A stretch of DNA of 64,000 nt. Source: Pelomyxa schiedti (taxonomy: Eukaryota; Protista; Evosea). The notes beneath the pieces are model-generated. The model did not search any database. It had not been told where the DNA came from and saw only the letters and a list, made by a program, of their open reading frames with translations. Numbering within the stretch: position 1 is the stretch's first letter; each line of letters begins with the position of its first letter. The position numbers and the translations under genes were made by a program. This document shows, piece after piece, positions 10,531-22,127 of the stretch. Location: assembly GCA_020536535.1 (NCBI GenBank), contig JAHLWZ010000199.1, positions 1 through 64,000 of the forward strand, read 5' to 3'.

Positions 10531-13500
10531 TCAGGTGCGGAGAGGTTTTATTAACAGATTCCCAACCAAAGGGCGTGGCATCAGGTCAATGGCGAAACTG
10601 TTGGGTGGTAATTTTAGGGATTCCATTACTGAGGGGTCTGTCATTGGATGCACTCGTGTTCCTTTGTGCCCCTTTAGAAGTTAGTGGTGTTAGAAATGAT
10701 GGTGGGGTTGCACTACCAAAGTGGGAACAGTTTCAAGCAGTGAGGCAATTTCTGTGTTCGCAGCAGAAAAAACTTTGACAATTTGCAGTTCCAGTGTTGA
10801 AGGGGGTCCTTGTTGTTCAAAATTGGTTTGGTTTTGGGATAAAATCTACCTGAAGGAAGGGGAGGAAGTTCAGCAGTTATTCTAAACTTGTAACTGAATG
10901 CTGAGCTATGTGTGTAAGGGAAACCACTCAATACAAAGTACAACTGAATGGTGGTGGTAGACAACTAAAGGTGTATAAATAAAATTTGGTAAGGAAATGC
11001 CAGGTTACCTTCAAAAGGAATGGCGAGAAGAAACACCGATTAGGAATATTGTCAAAGAGTGCGTTGACAGAAAACATTGTAGGGAACCCTTCAGTGCCAA
11101 AAAGCTGATATGTATCGGACTCGAGAGTTGGTGCGTATTGCCCTGAGGCCCAAGAGAGGGCCGCAGTAATTTGCTTGATGGGTTCATCGCCGGTGCAAAA
11201 ACATCTGTAGTCAGGAAAAAAATCCTGAGGTACCCCTTTGAGAAACAGGTATTTGGATCTAATTACCTTTGGGTCCAAAGGTGAACCACCCATCTCGAAT
11301 AGTACAGGGGGTTCTTCTATGGCTCTCTCAGCACAAAACCTTGGGAAAAGTGAATAAGTGTGCAGTGAACACTAAGGGTAAAGGACATACTCTCTTATGT
11401 GATCGTGTTGAGAAATAATCGCTGGAGGTACTGAAGGAGTGTCCAAATGGTTATCTGCCAGTTTAACCAGTTTCTCAGTCCAAATCAAAATCGCACAGAA
11501 GCAAGTTATTTGTTGTAGAAGTGCTTGTGCTCTTCCTGGCAACCCAAAAAAAAGATTTTGAGCATACCAAGAGAGGTATATGGTGTTGGTAAGGTATCGT
11601 CTCAAATTTGTGTTGTGGTCACTGTGCAGGTCTGATTGTCTGGTGATCCTGTGTATCTGTAGAACTTAGGGAAAAAAAATCGGTTCCGTTCTCACCTTGA
11701 TAAAATATCTAAGAAGAATGAAGTAGAAGTGAAAAAATTCTGCTCTACCCCGTAATGTGGGTGATAACTTAGAAACTCGTTTGAGATTCCTGTGGAAGGT
11801 AAAATGAGGAAGGTTTGAGATACTATGTAACCTAATACTTTCAGACACAAGATTATCAGATTCATCGAATTTGGAAGCCATTATGCTGGCTCTCAATCCC
11901 TGTTCAAGTTAAGCCACAACAGTGAAGGTGATGTCTCACCTGCAAGAGAAGTAGAGATGAACAGAAAAACTTGTTTACTTCCTCAAACTCCTCCACTGGT
12001 GGAAGGGTTAAAGCGATAGTGGGGAAGTAAATCAGTACCATCTCTCGACACGACAGAAGTGGTTACGGAAGTTGTTGGAGCTGGGGAAGCAGTCACTTCC
12101 GGGATGAATGTAGGGTATTTGTCATGCAAGTACTGAGCATGCCAAAGACAAAAATGCGGAAGTATGGAGATAAGGTTGGGATTGACAGTGCTTGCGTTGA
12201 GTGCAACCACCTCAGAGGCAATATCTATATTATTGGTCAAGACAAGTTAGAAATAATCGGACTTGCATTGTATATCATCTGTTCTAGGTTCTTTTGTGGC
12301 AAATCTAGGATCAACATGCAGAAGGTCGAGGATGATGAATTCTATATGGAAATTGAACGTTATGTATTAAAACTTGTGTAAATTACCAGTGAAAGCGCTA
12401 TGATTGAGGGCAATGCTTTTTAGAGCTGCGAAGATACTATCCTGATCTTCGGGATACCCTTCTACCCCAAGAGAGGAAATCAGAGCCTAGGAAACGGGAT
12501 AAGTCAAACCATATCAGGGAGAGGGATAATAGGCCCACCCAGTAATGGGGGTGGCAAAGTAACAATTAGATAAACCTTGACAGTATCCAGAAGACATGTT
12601 ATGGTGGGGATAGGCACTGTTCCTAGCATGTGGTGAATTGCTGTACGGACAGCTGTGTTGGTGTCTTTCATTGCTGAGATGACTGCGTGCATCTGCCTCC
12701 AGGAGAATAAGGTGGGATTTATATAAAGCACTGAAGTATACCTGATCTTCACTGAGATAGGCTCTGGGACCAATTTTACTCAAACTCGATATTGCATTTA
12801 TCCGCACACAATCGATATCATCATTGAGCATATCTAGATTCTTATTTAAAACACATTGAAAAAAAAGCCTTCCTTTTACCAACAAGAAAGTCGATTGCTT
12901 TTGCATGAATCAATTCTTGTTTCATGCACAGCTCACACATCGAATCTGTAGGGTGTAAGTGATTTCGATGTTGAGAAGATTAGACCAATTGCTGCTGTAC
13001 GGACTTCAACAAATTCGTCTTCTACACCATGAACAAATGCTCCAGCTGCAGTACTAAGGAACAGAGATATATCGGTTTTTTCAATTTGAGCATCCATGCC
13101 ACTTCCACTTATTGCTGAGGGGGATTCCTTATTGGACCTACAGTACAGTTACTACATAGAAGTTACTGCTGAAGGATACAAAAATTTTTTATCAAAAGCT
13201 TGCAATACAAATTTTAACTGGACACCACAAATGCTTCCCATCAGTTTGCATGCCTAAGAAATGTCACATCTAACTTAGGCCTCATAACTAACTGTACCGT
13301 TGTTCTGACAGAGGGAGAACAATCAGCCACCGTCACGTAACATAGTTTTGAAAAGGCATCATCAGCATATGTTGAATTTGAAAGATGCTGGTCAGAAGAT
13401 ACTTCATTATTCTTTGTATATTGTAGGGAGCTGTATAAATTTCCAAGGAGCCTGCCATTAGTGTTGGCATAGAGCAAAATGCAGAAGACAAGACCACACC

Positions 13501-14470
13501 ATACAAGACGTACAGCTTGCATTCTGACATCTACTGACGAATCCTCAAGAACAGCATTCGAAGCTTCCTAGCGCAATGAGTTGAATTGGCGGCGAAAAAA
13601 GTTGTACCGACCGTGTATAGATTGGCAGTGAGCTTATAACCCCTTTGGTGAAGGGTCATTGCCCCACGAAAAGCTTCCTTCAAGTCACGTTAGATCAAGG
13701 AAATGAGGTACTTCTTCTAACCTCCCTAACGCAAGCTTGTGGGCTAAAAAAAAAAGCACCTAAAGTGTCATTGATGAGCGTTGCCGTTTCCTCCGTGCAG
13801 CACAACATAACAGCAGAGCGGAGACAAATGACTGAAGCTGATGCTGTGCCCTTGCTTACGATCCAGGAAATTGGAGAAGGGAATGCCATTGAAGAACTTG
13901 GAGAGGTGAAGGAGGAAGATATTTGAGTTGCCAGATTGATGCAATCAAACATGAAGTGCTGTGAATCAGGTAGAACTGAAGCAGTCCTACTCAGAGGAGA
14001 TAGTGACTTGCCCTTATTTTATTGGAAAACAAAACGAAAGAAGAAGAAGAAAAAAAAAAAGAGTTTGCATAAGAAAACATAGCACCATAGAGGGCGAACC
14101 TACCAAATGTAAAGCCAATAGCTTAGTGAGTGCCGAAGCTGCCTTATGGGACACATGGCTACCAGATGTGCTCTTGGATAGAAATTCAGTCAACTCCCGA
14201 GCAACCGTTTCCCACAATCCCGCCTCAGTGCACGCCGAAGTGGGCGATGTTGACGTAGTTCCGTGGCGTGCATCGGAACATCCACACGAAAGGCACCTTA
14301 TTAGTGCACAGATTAAATACAGCGAGTGGAGAGTTTGGACTTTGTTCACGGGCGGGTCTCCAAGAGAGGGCAAGAACGAAACAAACAATCATTGTGTTTT
14401 CACCTGAATGCTGGTGCTGTAATTGTGGGAGGAACACAGGGACACAGGCCACACAGCCACCGTTCCATCA
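10531..14470 (-). CDS. INTS4: Integrator complex subunit 4 (HEAT repeats), highly spliced; 5' end approximate
   Basis: Spliced AAGAFVHGVEDEFVEVRTAAI DSMCEL...AIDFLV DMLNDDIDCVRINAISSL...LSEDQMHAVISAMKD (about 12650-13060) matches the conserved INTS4 core GAFVHGLEDE..EVR..A..DFLVDMFNDEI..VR. Confidence 0.82.
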
Positions 14471-14551
14471 CCTCGCCAAGTCCAAAATGATAGAAACTCT
14501 CATCACCACCATTTGTTTGGCGAAAAGGCGAAATTGGCCTGAGGAGATCTG

Positions 14552-16226
14552 TTAGATGTAGCCTCGGACAGTGATGGACTGATTCCGGAATGCTCTTTTT
14601 GGAATGGCATTAGGAACCAAAGTGAAGGCGCGCAGTACGAACCTGTAGTTCAGGAGACTTTTGCCAACTTCAGCATTTACGCGGCTGGCGCGGCCAATGC
14701 ATGACACAATTTGCTGGAGTATCTGTTACTTGGGCTTAGTTCTGTTGAAGGATTTTTTTTTAGGGTGATACAATGATAGGAATGCAGGAAGCGGGACTCC
14801 TTGCACCACAGCGGGGATGTGTTGCCATGAGAAATGCAAGGATTTGCGTGTCAGAAACAATCTCTTCATAAGGTCAGCCTCATGGAAAATAAACGGAAAC
14901 CCGACTTGTGACAACGGGATGTCGCAGGATATCACACATTTTCAGTCGCTCACTTGCTTTGACAACGATCAACTTGGTGACTAAGTCCACTTCTGCAGTC
15001 ACAATTAGCAGAAAGCATTACTTATCTGGCACCATCTGCGTTCAGCAAGTCTTCCTCAAACTGAAAGTCTGCTACGATTATCCGTCTGAATATTTCAGGC
15101 GTATCCTCCCCCCAAAAGGGAGGATAACCACATTCCCTTTTTAAAAAGTTACATCATCATTTATCACCCCAGTAAGAGGTACAAAACGTAAAGTAAGGCT
15201 CCAAGGCACCAACTGAACTTTGGTTCTCTTTCATAAGCTTCTCCCATTAGGATTTCGGGGGGTACAAAGTCTTACAACTGTTAAGGGTAATTTTGAAATT
15301 GTGCCTACCTGGAGATGGGCAAACAGTTGCCAGATTACTCACATGATCAACTGGCTGACAAGTAGATAAAAATGAGATAACAGTGGAACCAGAGCGAGCA
15401 CACAGTTAAGTCAGCAAATTTGACTCTGAACCCATCGCCTGGAACCTCAACAATCATAACCCTTTCAGGGACAAGAAGGAGATCCAGCCCTAAAGATATA
15501 TACTATATGAATACTAATAAGCATCACTCTATTGTTAATTTCTTGTACCCCTTGGCATAGTTGTTCAATCACTGACCCAACATCAAATCGTGTCCTCTGT
15601 TTTTCTCCTGCACAGAGAAATAAATAACAAGTAATGTTCCAACGGCGAACCCATCCAAGTGAGTACATCGACTGCTCTATTAGGTATGTCGATAGTTGTA
15701 AACATAGGCAGACACATACCGTTCAGTGATGAGAATGAAGCGATCTGATGTCTCGTAAACATCATACAGTTTGAGTACATATTGACTCTCTTGGTTCTTT
15801 TTGTGTTACCACTCAGTTCTATTTGTAGAGCCCAGTGTGTTGAAGGGTCCATACTTTTTGCAACAGAGATATATTATCAATGAAGCTGCAATCAAGTCTG
15901 TTTAATGACACAACTCTCAGACAAACATCTTTGGAAGTCTCAGCCTCCACTGCATTGTACAAAGTCCCCTCACAACAACTACTCCTCGATGTCAACCGCA
16001 GGGGGGAAGAAAAAAAAAATCTATGAAACACTTGCCACGGTGTCTCCACAATGTCGCAGAAACGGTTTCTGGCCACAGAGTCGAATTCCTTGTATCTCCT
16101 GGGTTTATGGCTCTACATACACAAGGTAAAAAAAGACCACAAAGCGAAGGAAGATATATATATATACGAAAGCAATACGGGCGGTGGTCGCTGGTACGGC
16201 TGTTTGTGGGTTGCGCGGTTGCCCAT
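14552..16226 (-). CDS. Predicted N-myristoylated pseudokinase with a C-terminal HPRCG module
   Basis: Starts MGNRAT. Kinase C-lobe remnants YPPEILMG..Y...WCLGALL, EIFRRIIVADFQF and DLVTKLIVVKASERLKMCDILRHP. No VAIK lysine (DVCLRVV), HRD or DFG found. Ends with TQILAFLMATHPRCGARSPASCIPII/ILQQIV; stop at 14552-14554. Confidence 0.7.
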
Positions 16227-16394
16227 GGCTGGCCCTGAGCCAAGATTAAATATCAAAGGCGCTGCAACAATCAACAAGATCTTTTAGTCCCCAAGAAAGA
16301 ACAACTCAATGACAGCCACAACACCAACGGTGGCCGAAATCAAACCGCCGAACTTTTTTCTTTTTTGTTTGAAAAGCGGTGGTTTGACTCATTA

Positions 16395-18440
16395 ATGTCA
16401 CGGGTTCAAGGGCACCGATCGCGAGGTGGACGTGGGAGTGCACAGTACGACAATCCATTTATTATAGATCCTGTGGAACAAGCACGGAGAAAACGCGAGG
16501 TGGCTTTTTCAATCTCTCATGAGACTTCTTGCAGGCAACACTTTTTTTAAAAAAAAACTGCATCTAGTTGGTGGAGAAGTCACGCACTGGAAAAGTGCAC
16601 GAGAAGACAACAGCTGCATACCGTGAGGGAATTTCCAGGAGGGCCTTCTTGGAACTTGACGATGACACGGATTATGACACTCCTGAGGATGACGCCGCGG
16701 TGTCCACAACCAAACCAAGTGAGCGGGCTCGGTTGCATTTTTGTAGTAGTTGGTTGACCGACCTTGTGGCAGGAAATTCATCTGAAAATCCACCAAAGGA
16801 AAGGGAGCTTCTATCCCAACTGATAGAGAGGAAAAGGGAAACTTTTTTAAAGGAATACTCTATTGCTGTGCAAGTTAACCAAGGAGCTCTCTCTTTTATG
16901 AAAGCTCATTTTCTGTTAGCGTGAAGAGATACAAAAGATCGAAGAAGCCATGGCCGAACGTAAAAAAGACTTGATTTCTGCTGAGACACGACAGCAAATG
17001 GAAGCTTCTATGTTTGAACAGCAATTGAATGACATCAGTACCAAAACTATTGACACTCTAGAAAGGCATGTTACCTCTCCCAGCAGTAAATTTCCTTATA
17101 CAATGCACAGGGTGAAGGCCGAAACTAAAATAAACTTGGAAAAAGAGGAGGCAATTCAAAATGCAACTGCTACGATAGCCTCGTTATCTGAGGAGATTAG
17201 CCACATTGATATCTCACTTGAAGAGGTTCGAAAATACAAGCAGTTTCTTGATGCAGCCGCTTCATTTGAAGAAACTTGTGCGCTAAAGGGAACTGCCAGC
17301 AAGGTAGAATTCTACCTTAGACAAATTAATTGTCGTAATTGAATGCTAGGAGCCAACAAGCAAGTCTCCTCCTTTTCTCTCTATCTTTTGGGAGTGATGT
17401 ATATATATTTCAAGGGATAGAAGTTTGGGAAGACCCAACACGCTTACTGAGGCTTTTCAGCCAGCTTGAAAAACAAAATATTTTGTTACTTGCTCAAAAG
17501 GAGGAGAGTGACCAACTTCTTGACCATGCCACAGTAAAGAAGAAATATTTAGCAACTAAAACGTACATAGCCCATCCATCTCTTCAGTACAGAAGAATAT
17601 TAAATCCCGGTAGGGACCACGAGCAGATGGAGTTGCAAAGGCAAATTGAAGAAATTCAACAAGCTGTTGATATAGAAAGAGTAAATGAGGCACAGCTGCT
17701 CGAAAGAGAGATGTATCTTAAACCTCCCAATTAAAAATTCCTGTGCTAATTTTATAATGCTAATAATGACACCAAGTCAACAGAATGATGCAAGTAACGT
17801 TCATGATCACGTTGAAGAAGTTATACAACTTGAAGAAAAGATAAGTGAAATATTTCAGGACCTCACAGTAGAAACCTCAACAACCAAGCCTCTTAGTTCC
17901 ATTGAGGTAATTAATAATTATCTCCAAGTTTCCAATTTTCAACAACATTCATTCAAACCAAGTAAGTGGTTTTAATTTCTTTCTTCAGATGATAACAGAA
18001 ATTGAGATATGTGCAGACAAACTGCTCGCACAGCTCAATGCCCTTCCTGCTGACTATGTTCAAAAGGCTTTGAAAGTTGTCTCCTACCTACCTTTTCTGC
18101 TTTGGCTAAAACAATGAAAGGACAAAGTCAAAGACCGACGAAGAAGGCAACGAGACTCTAAACGAGAAATCGAGAAAACACACGCAGAAGAATTGAGGAG
18201 CAAAGTCTCCTCCGATCACACCACCCTCAAGTCCACAAGAAAAAGGGTACTTTCTCACACTCTATCCAAGCCTTCACTTTTGATGAGGTAAAACAGGATG
18301 GAAAACCAGCAATGTTCCGCTCAACACTATCTTTAAAAGCCAGTAGTGTCACAGCCAAACACCACACAAAGGAGGAAGAAGAGGACCTCTTGTACTTTGG
18401 TCTTGCACCACTTACTGACACAACCACTCAACGCCTGTGA
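16395..18440 (+). CDS. CFAP100: Cilia- and flagella-associated protein 100 (CCDC37/CCDC38 family, DUF4200 coiled coil)
   Basis: NPF motif, LIERKRETFLKEYSIAV.REEIQKIE, YKQFLD, DPTRLLRLFSQLEKQNILL, GKPAMFRS and a terminal EEEDLLYF. Confidence 0.75.
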
Positions 18441-18849
18441 TGATGACTGAAAAGAGCTAGCACCTTGTCTTTTCGGAGAAACACAACACAGAGGAGGAGG
18501 GTAACCTGGACAAGAAGAAGATATTGGATTTGTTGTGTCAGGTACGATATGATATGTGCAGTGCCACGTACGTGGTTGAAGCCAGATTAAAAAACAGTTT
18601 TAACTTGTGGATCTCTCTCACACCCCCTCCACGTCAGTCTTTATTTATTGCCTAGAATATGTGAGAAATAAACTTGATTCAGCAACCATTTGCCAAGCTT
18701 TACCATTTATTTTCCCAGCACTTGGGGTGGTGCCATAAAAAAAAATGCACGATGTGATGCGCAGAAGCGAATTTGGGAGGGAAATGTTGTAGGAGTTGTT
18801 GAAGTGCACGGCAAGCCGAGAACAAACGGGAGGGCAAAAAAAAAACTAA

Positions 18850-18921
18850 TGGCCCCGCTCAGAATCGAACTGAGATCAAGAGAGCCAAAATCTCCCATAC
18901 TAACCATTATACTACGGAGCC
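18850..18921 (-). tRNA. trnQ-UUG: tRNA-Gln (anticodon TTG), copy A
   Basis: Reverse complement is GGCTCCGTAGTATAATGGTTAGTATGGGAGATTTTGGCTCTCTTGATCTCAGTTCGATTCTGAGCGGGGCCA: 7-bp acceptor stem, anticodon loop TT-TTG-GC, T-loop TTCGATT, followed by an oligo-T Pol III terminator. Confidence 0.92.
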
Positions 18922-19226
18922 TGAACATCTTGGTGCCTCTGGAACACAGAGTTGGTTCTGCTGCCATGCTTTTTTCCAATAAGATCTTATGATGGATCAC
19001 CCCTCACGAACACACTTTGGGGCTTGCATGAACTCGAGGAGTGTGTGTCTGTTGTGTTGTCGTTCCACGGCCATTCCAGTGTTCCACTTCGACGTGAACG
19101 GGTGGCTCTTTTCTCTCAAATCTCCACAATCTGATTCAATTGCCCGCAGTTGCGAATATTAGAAAAAGGCAAACACAGAAGCAAACACAGAAGCAAACAC
19201 ACCAAGCTCCGTCGTGCGAAACCGAC

Positions 19227-21503
19227 ATGGAGCGCGAGTTGTCGGGTCTCCCGCCAGACATCCAGGCTCTGCTCATGGCCGCACCGTTCGGCCGAGACGC
19301 CCGCGGTGCTCCCCTCGCCACCCAGCCAAATAGGCCCAGGAGGGGCACCCGCGCGCACCAATCATCATCACCATCATCATCAGCCATCACCGCCGCCCCA
19401 ACCACAACGACCACGGCCACGAGCTCCTCCGCCGCGTCGGGTTCATCATCATCATCATCAACTCCTGACCCAGACAACAACACCCCCGCAGCTGCTGCTT
19501 CGTCAGCATCATCCTCGTCCTCTTGTGCCACAACCACAACCACAACCACATCCACAACAAGCGCTTCTTTGGGGTCTCCTTCCCCGTCTGCTCCCCACCG
19601 CTCGTCCTCGTCCTCATCGTCGCCGAGACAACAACTATCCACCAAAACCCGCTCCTTTTCCTCTTCCTCTTCCTTGTCCTCCTCATCCACAGTCATCACC
19701 TCTTCCACCCCAAGTGCAGTGACAAAGAGCCAGCACAAGCCCAAGCCCAATCCCCCAAAACCCAAAAGGGGGAAAGTATCCGGCAAGGTGGAGCCACGCA
19801 AACCACTTGTTGCTGTTGGTCTCACTCCAACCATCAGCACAATCACGCCTCCTGCTGCTCTTGCTGAAGGTGCACGAGTCGCCGAAACGGTAACGGAAAC
19901 AAATGTGCCGAGCGTCACATCCTCTTCTTCAACAAAGCCAGAGGATCCAATTGGAACTCTCACCAACAATGCCTCTGAGGATAAATCCGCCGTTCCGTCT
20001 GACACCACAACAGCAGCCTCAGCCGATAATAATGGTGCAGAGACAAGAATGACTTCCGCTTCCACAGGAGTGACAACGCTGGTGGGACACGTCACCACCA
20101 CCAAGGTTCCTTCTGGAAACTTCCAAGTGACAACAAGCTCCGTGGAACTGCACATTGAGGGAATTTACTTGAGAGAGCAGATGGTGAGCCTCCTCGCGGG
20201 AACTCTTCCCAGGTGCGGAAGTGCATCTGCCCTGCGATTTCTGACGCCCTCGTTGTTATATTCCGTCTTCATTTGGGCAAGGGCAACCGAGAAGAGGCTG
20301 GTCATCGTGCTCCGCACCAGCACCGGTCAAGGAACTCCTGAAGATCGAGCACTGAAGCTCGGACTCTGGCAGGATGCGGGTGTCATATCCTCGGAATTGG
20401 AAGTCAATCCCGTGTGGCGTTCTCCTGAAGAGCCCTGGTTGGTCACCTTCGCTGGAGAGGATCACTACGTCGTTCACCAGAAGAATGGCCCGGGAACCCC
20501 TTCCATTTTCAAGCTTCGCAACGTGCAAAGACCGGGTGACTCGAGGGTCTTGCTGGTGATCCCCACCCCTCCCCCTCGAGAATTTCACTGCAGAACAAAC
20601 AGCCACTGGGTCCTTTATCACTATGGAGCTGAACCAGAATTTTACGTTGAGCCTGCCCTGCTTCCCCCCACACCACCACAAATTGGAAGTGCCTCCTCCT
20701 CTGCCTCCTCTTCCTCCTCCCTGTTGAAAGTTCAACAAGAAGAACTGGGCCTGTTGGAAGGGCACGTGATTTCCCTGGTCACTCTGAGCAAGAGGGAGCC
20801 CCACCTGGCGCTCCTTGTTTCCTGTAAGGTAAACGCGAATTCCACGCAGGCTGAGTGTGACATAATATTCTGGAATGTTAAGAAGTCAGTGGAGAGCAAG
20901 CGATTCCACTAGATCGAGAGGTGGCTGGTGACTGGGATGCAGCCCCGGGAAGGTGAGACCATTTCGAAGCCGTTTGTGATCAGGTCTGGTTCCTCTGATG
21001 ATGACTGCAACCTGGGCGACGACGCAGTCGTGGTTGCCAAATCATTGATGGGCAGAGTACACGTCATCAAGAGGAAGAATCCATCAGCACCTCACCTCGT
21101 CCAAAGTGCCGGGTCTGAAGCCAGGAACTTGTTCCCAATTGGGAACGGAACCAAGTTCTGCATCACATACGACGGGAGATATGAAACACGAGACGTGAAC
21201 ATGCCGGAGAACGTGCTGATGACCGTCGACACCAGGGGGTTCATGTCGGTGCAATGGGAGACAGGCACCGGGCTCATGTTGGCCATGTCAGAAAAGAAGA
21301 AGAAGAAGGTGGTGGGGCCCACGGAGAGTGACGACAACAACAACAACTCGGACACCATCCAGCACATCGACGTGAGGAACATGGAGGACAACAGACCACT
21401 CTTCAGGGTGACCCTGATACAACGTTGGTACGCTGATACCTCCATCGTCAGGTGTTTATCTTTCAGTTCCCCGCACAACAACAACCACCACCACACCCCA
21501 TAA
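19227..21503 (+). pseudogene. PRCG-module family protein (Ser/Thr-rich N-terminus, beta-rich C-terminus), interrupted by an in-frame TAG at 20910-20912
   Basis: Collinear with the intact paralog at 55406-57760. CAC TAG ATC here versus CAC GAG ATC there. The frame continues to TAA at 21503. Confidence 0.7.
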
Positions 21504-21659
21504 CCCCAGAAACCAACAATTTCGCTTTTCTTTTCAAGAACAAACCTCGACCCATAAGTCTGGACGGAGCGAAATTTCGGTTCAAAAAGTCGGAGAACGG
21601 CACCACGAAAATTACGGAAAAACACTCATTTCCAAGGCGTAATCACATTTCATTGATTA

Positions 21660-22125
21660 ATCTCAAGCGAGCAGGGGGCGAAAGTAGCTCTCCTTGAACC
21701 GAAAACCAAAGGATACCCTGTGCGTGATGGAATAGGCGAATGGGATTCGATGCGCTCTAGTCCCTGACGTTGTCTGATGCCTAGGAGGCCAGATAGCCCA
21801 CCCGGAGTAGGTCAACGTCGGCTCGGGCGAGAGCCTTGGTGAGCAAGAGTGGTAAGGATCTCCCAAAAGAACTTGAAGGGGGTGAACACCAGTGGAAATA
21901 TTCTTTTTTTTCCCTGCCATCCATCCACTCGATTTGTCGAGTATTGACACTGTGGGCAGGCAGACGACATACTTCTTTTTCTTGGCCGTTGCCAGCAAAG
22001 TTGACACTGGCACACTCACTCACCCCGGCACCCATTTGAAAATAAAAAAATCAATGTTTTTTTTTCTTTCTTTTTTTCGAAAAAATCAGATTTTACAAGA
22101 CAAGACAGACTCTTCTTGGGCTGGT
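21660..22125. repeat. Repeated non-coding block, with further copies or fragments at 22859-22978, about 53850-54330 and about 54985-55245
   Basis: Near-identical sequence (e.g. GATCTCCCAAAAGAACTTGAAGGGGGTGAAC; CGCATCGAATCCCATTCGCCTATTCCATCACGCAC) occurs in several places. No reading frame is preserved in all copies. Confidence 0.85.
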
Positions 22126-22127
22126 GG

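Noticed and set aside
9775-10684. Long overlapping and antisense ORFs here and at 19136-20155, 33319-34115, 51030-51725 and 56988-57893
   Set aside because: They are shadows of GC-rich or low-complexity coding sequence that lacks stops in other frames.
20910-20912. Genome-wide reassignment of TAG
   Set aside because: TAG ends other genes (FAM192A at 9324, CH protein at 47071), and the conserved genes splice without internal stops.
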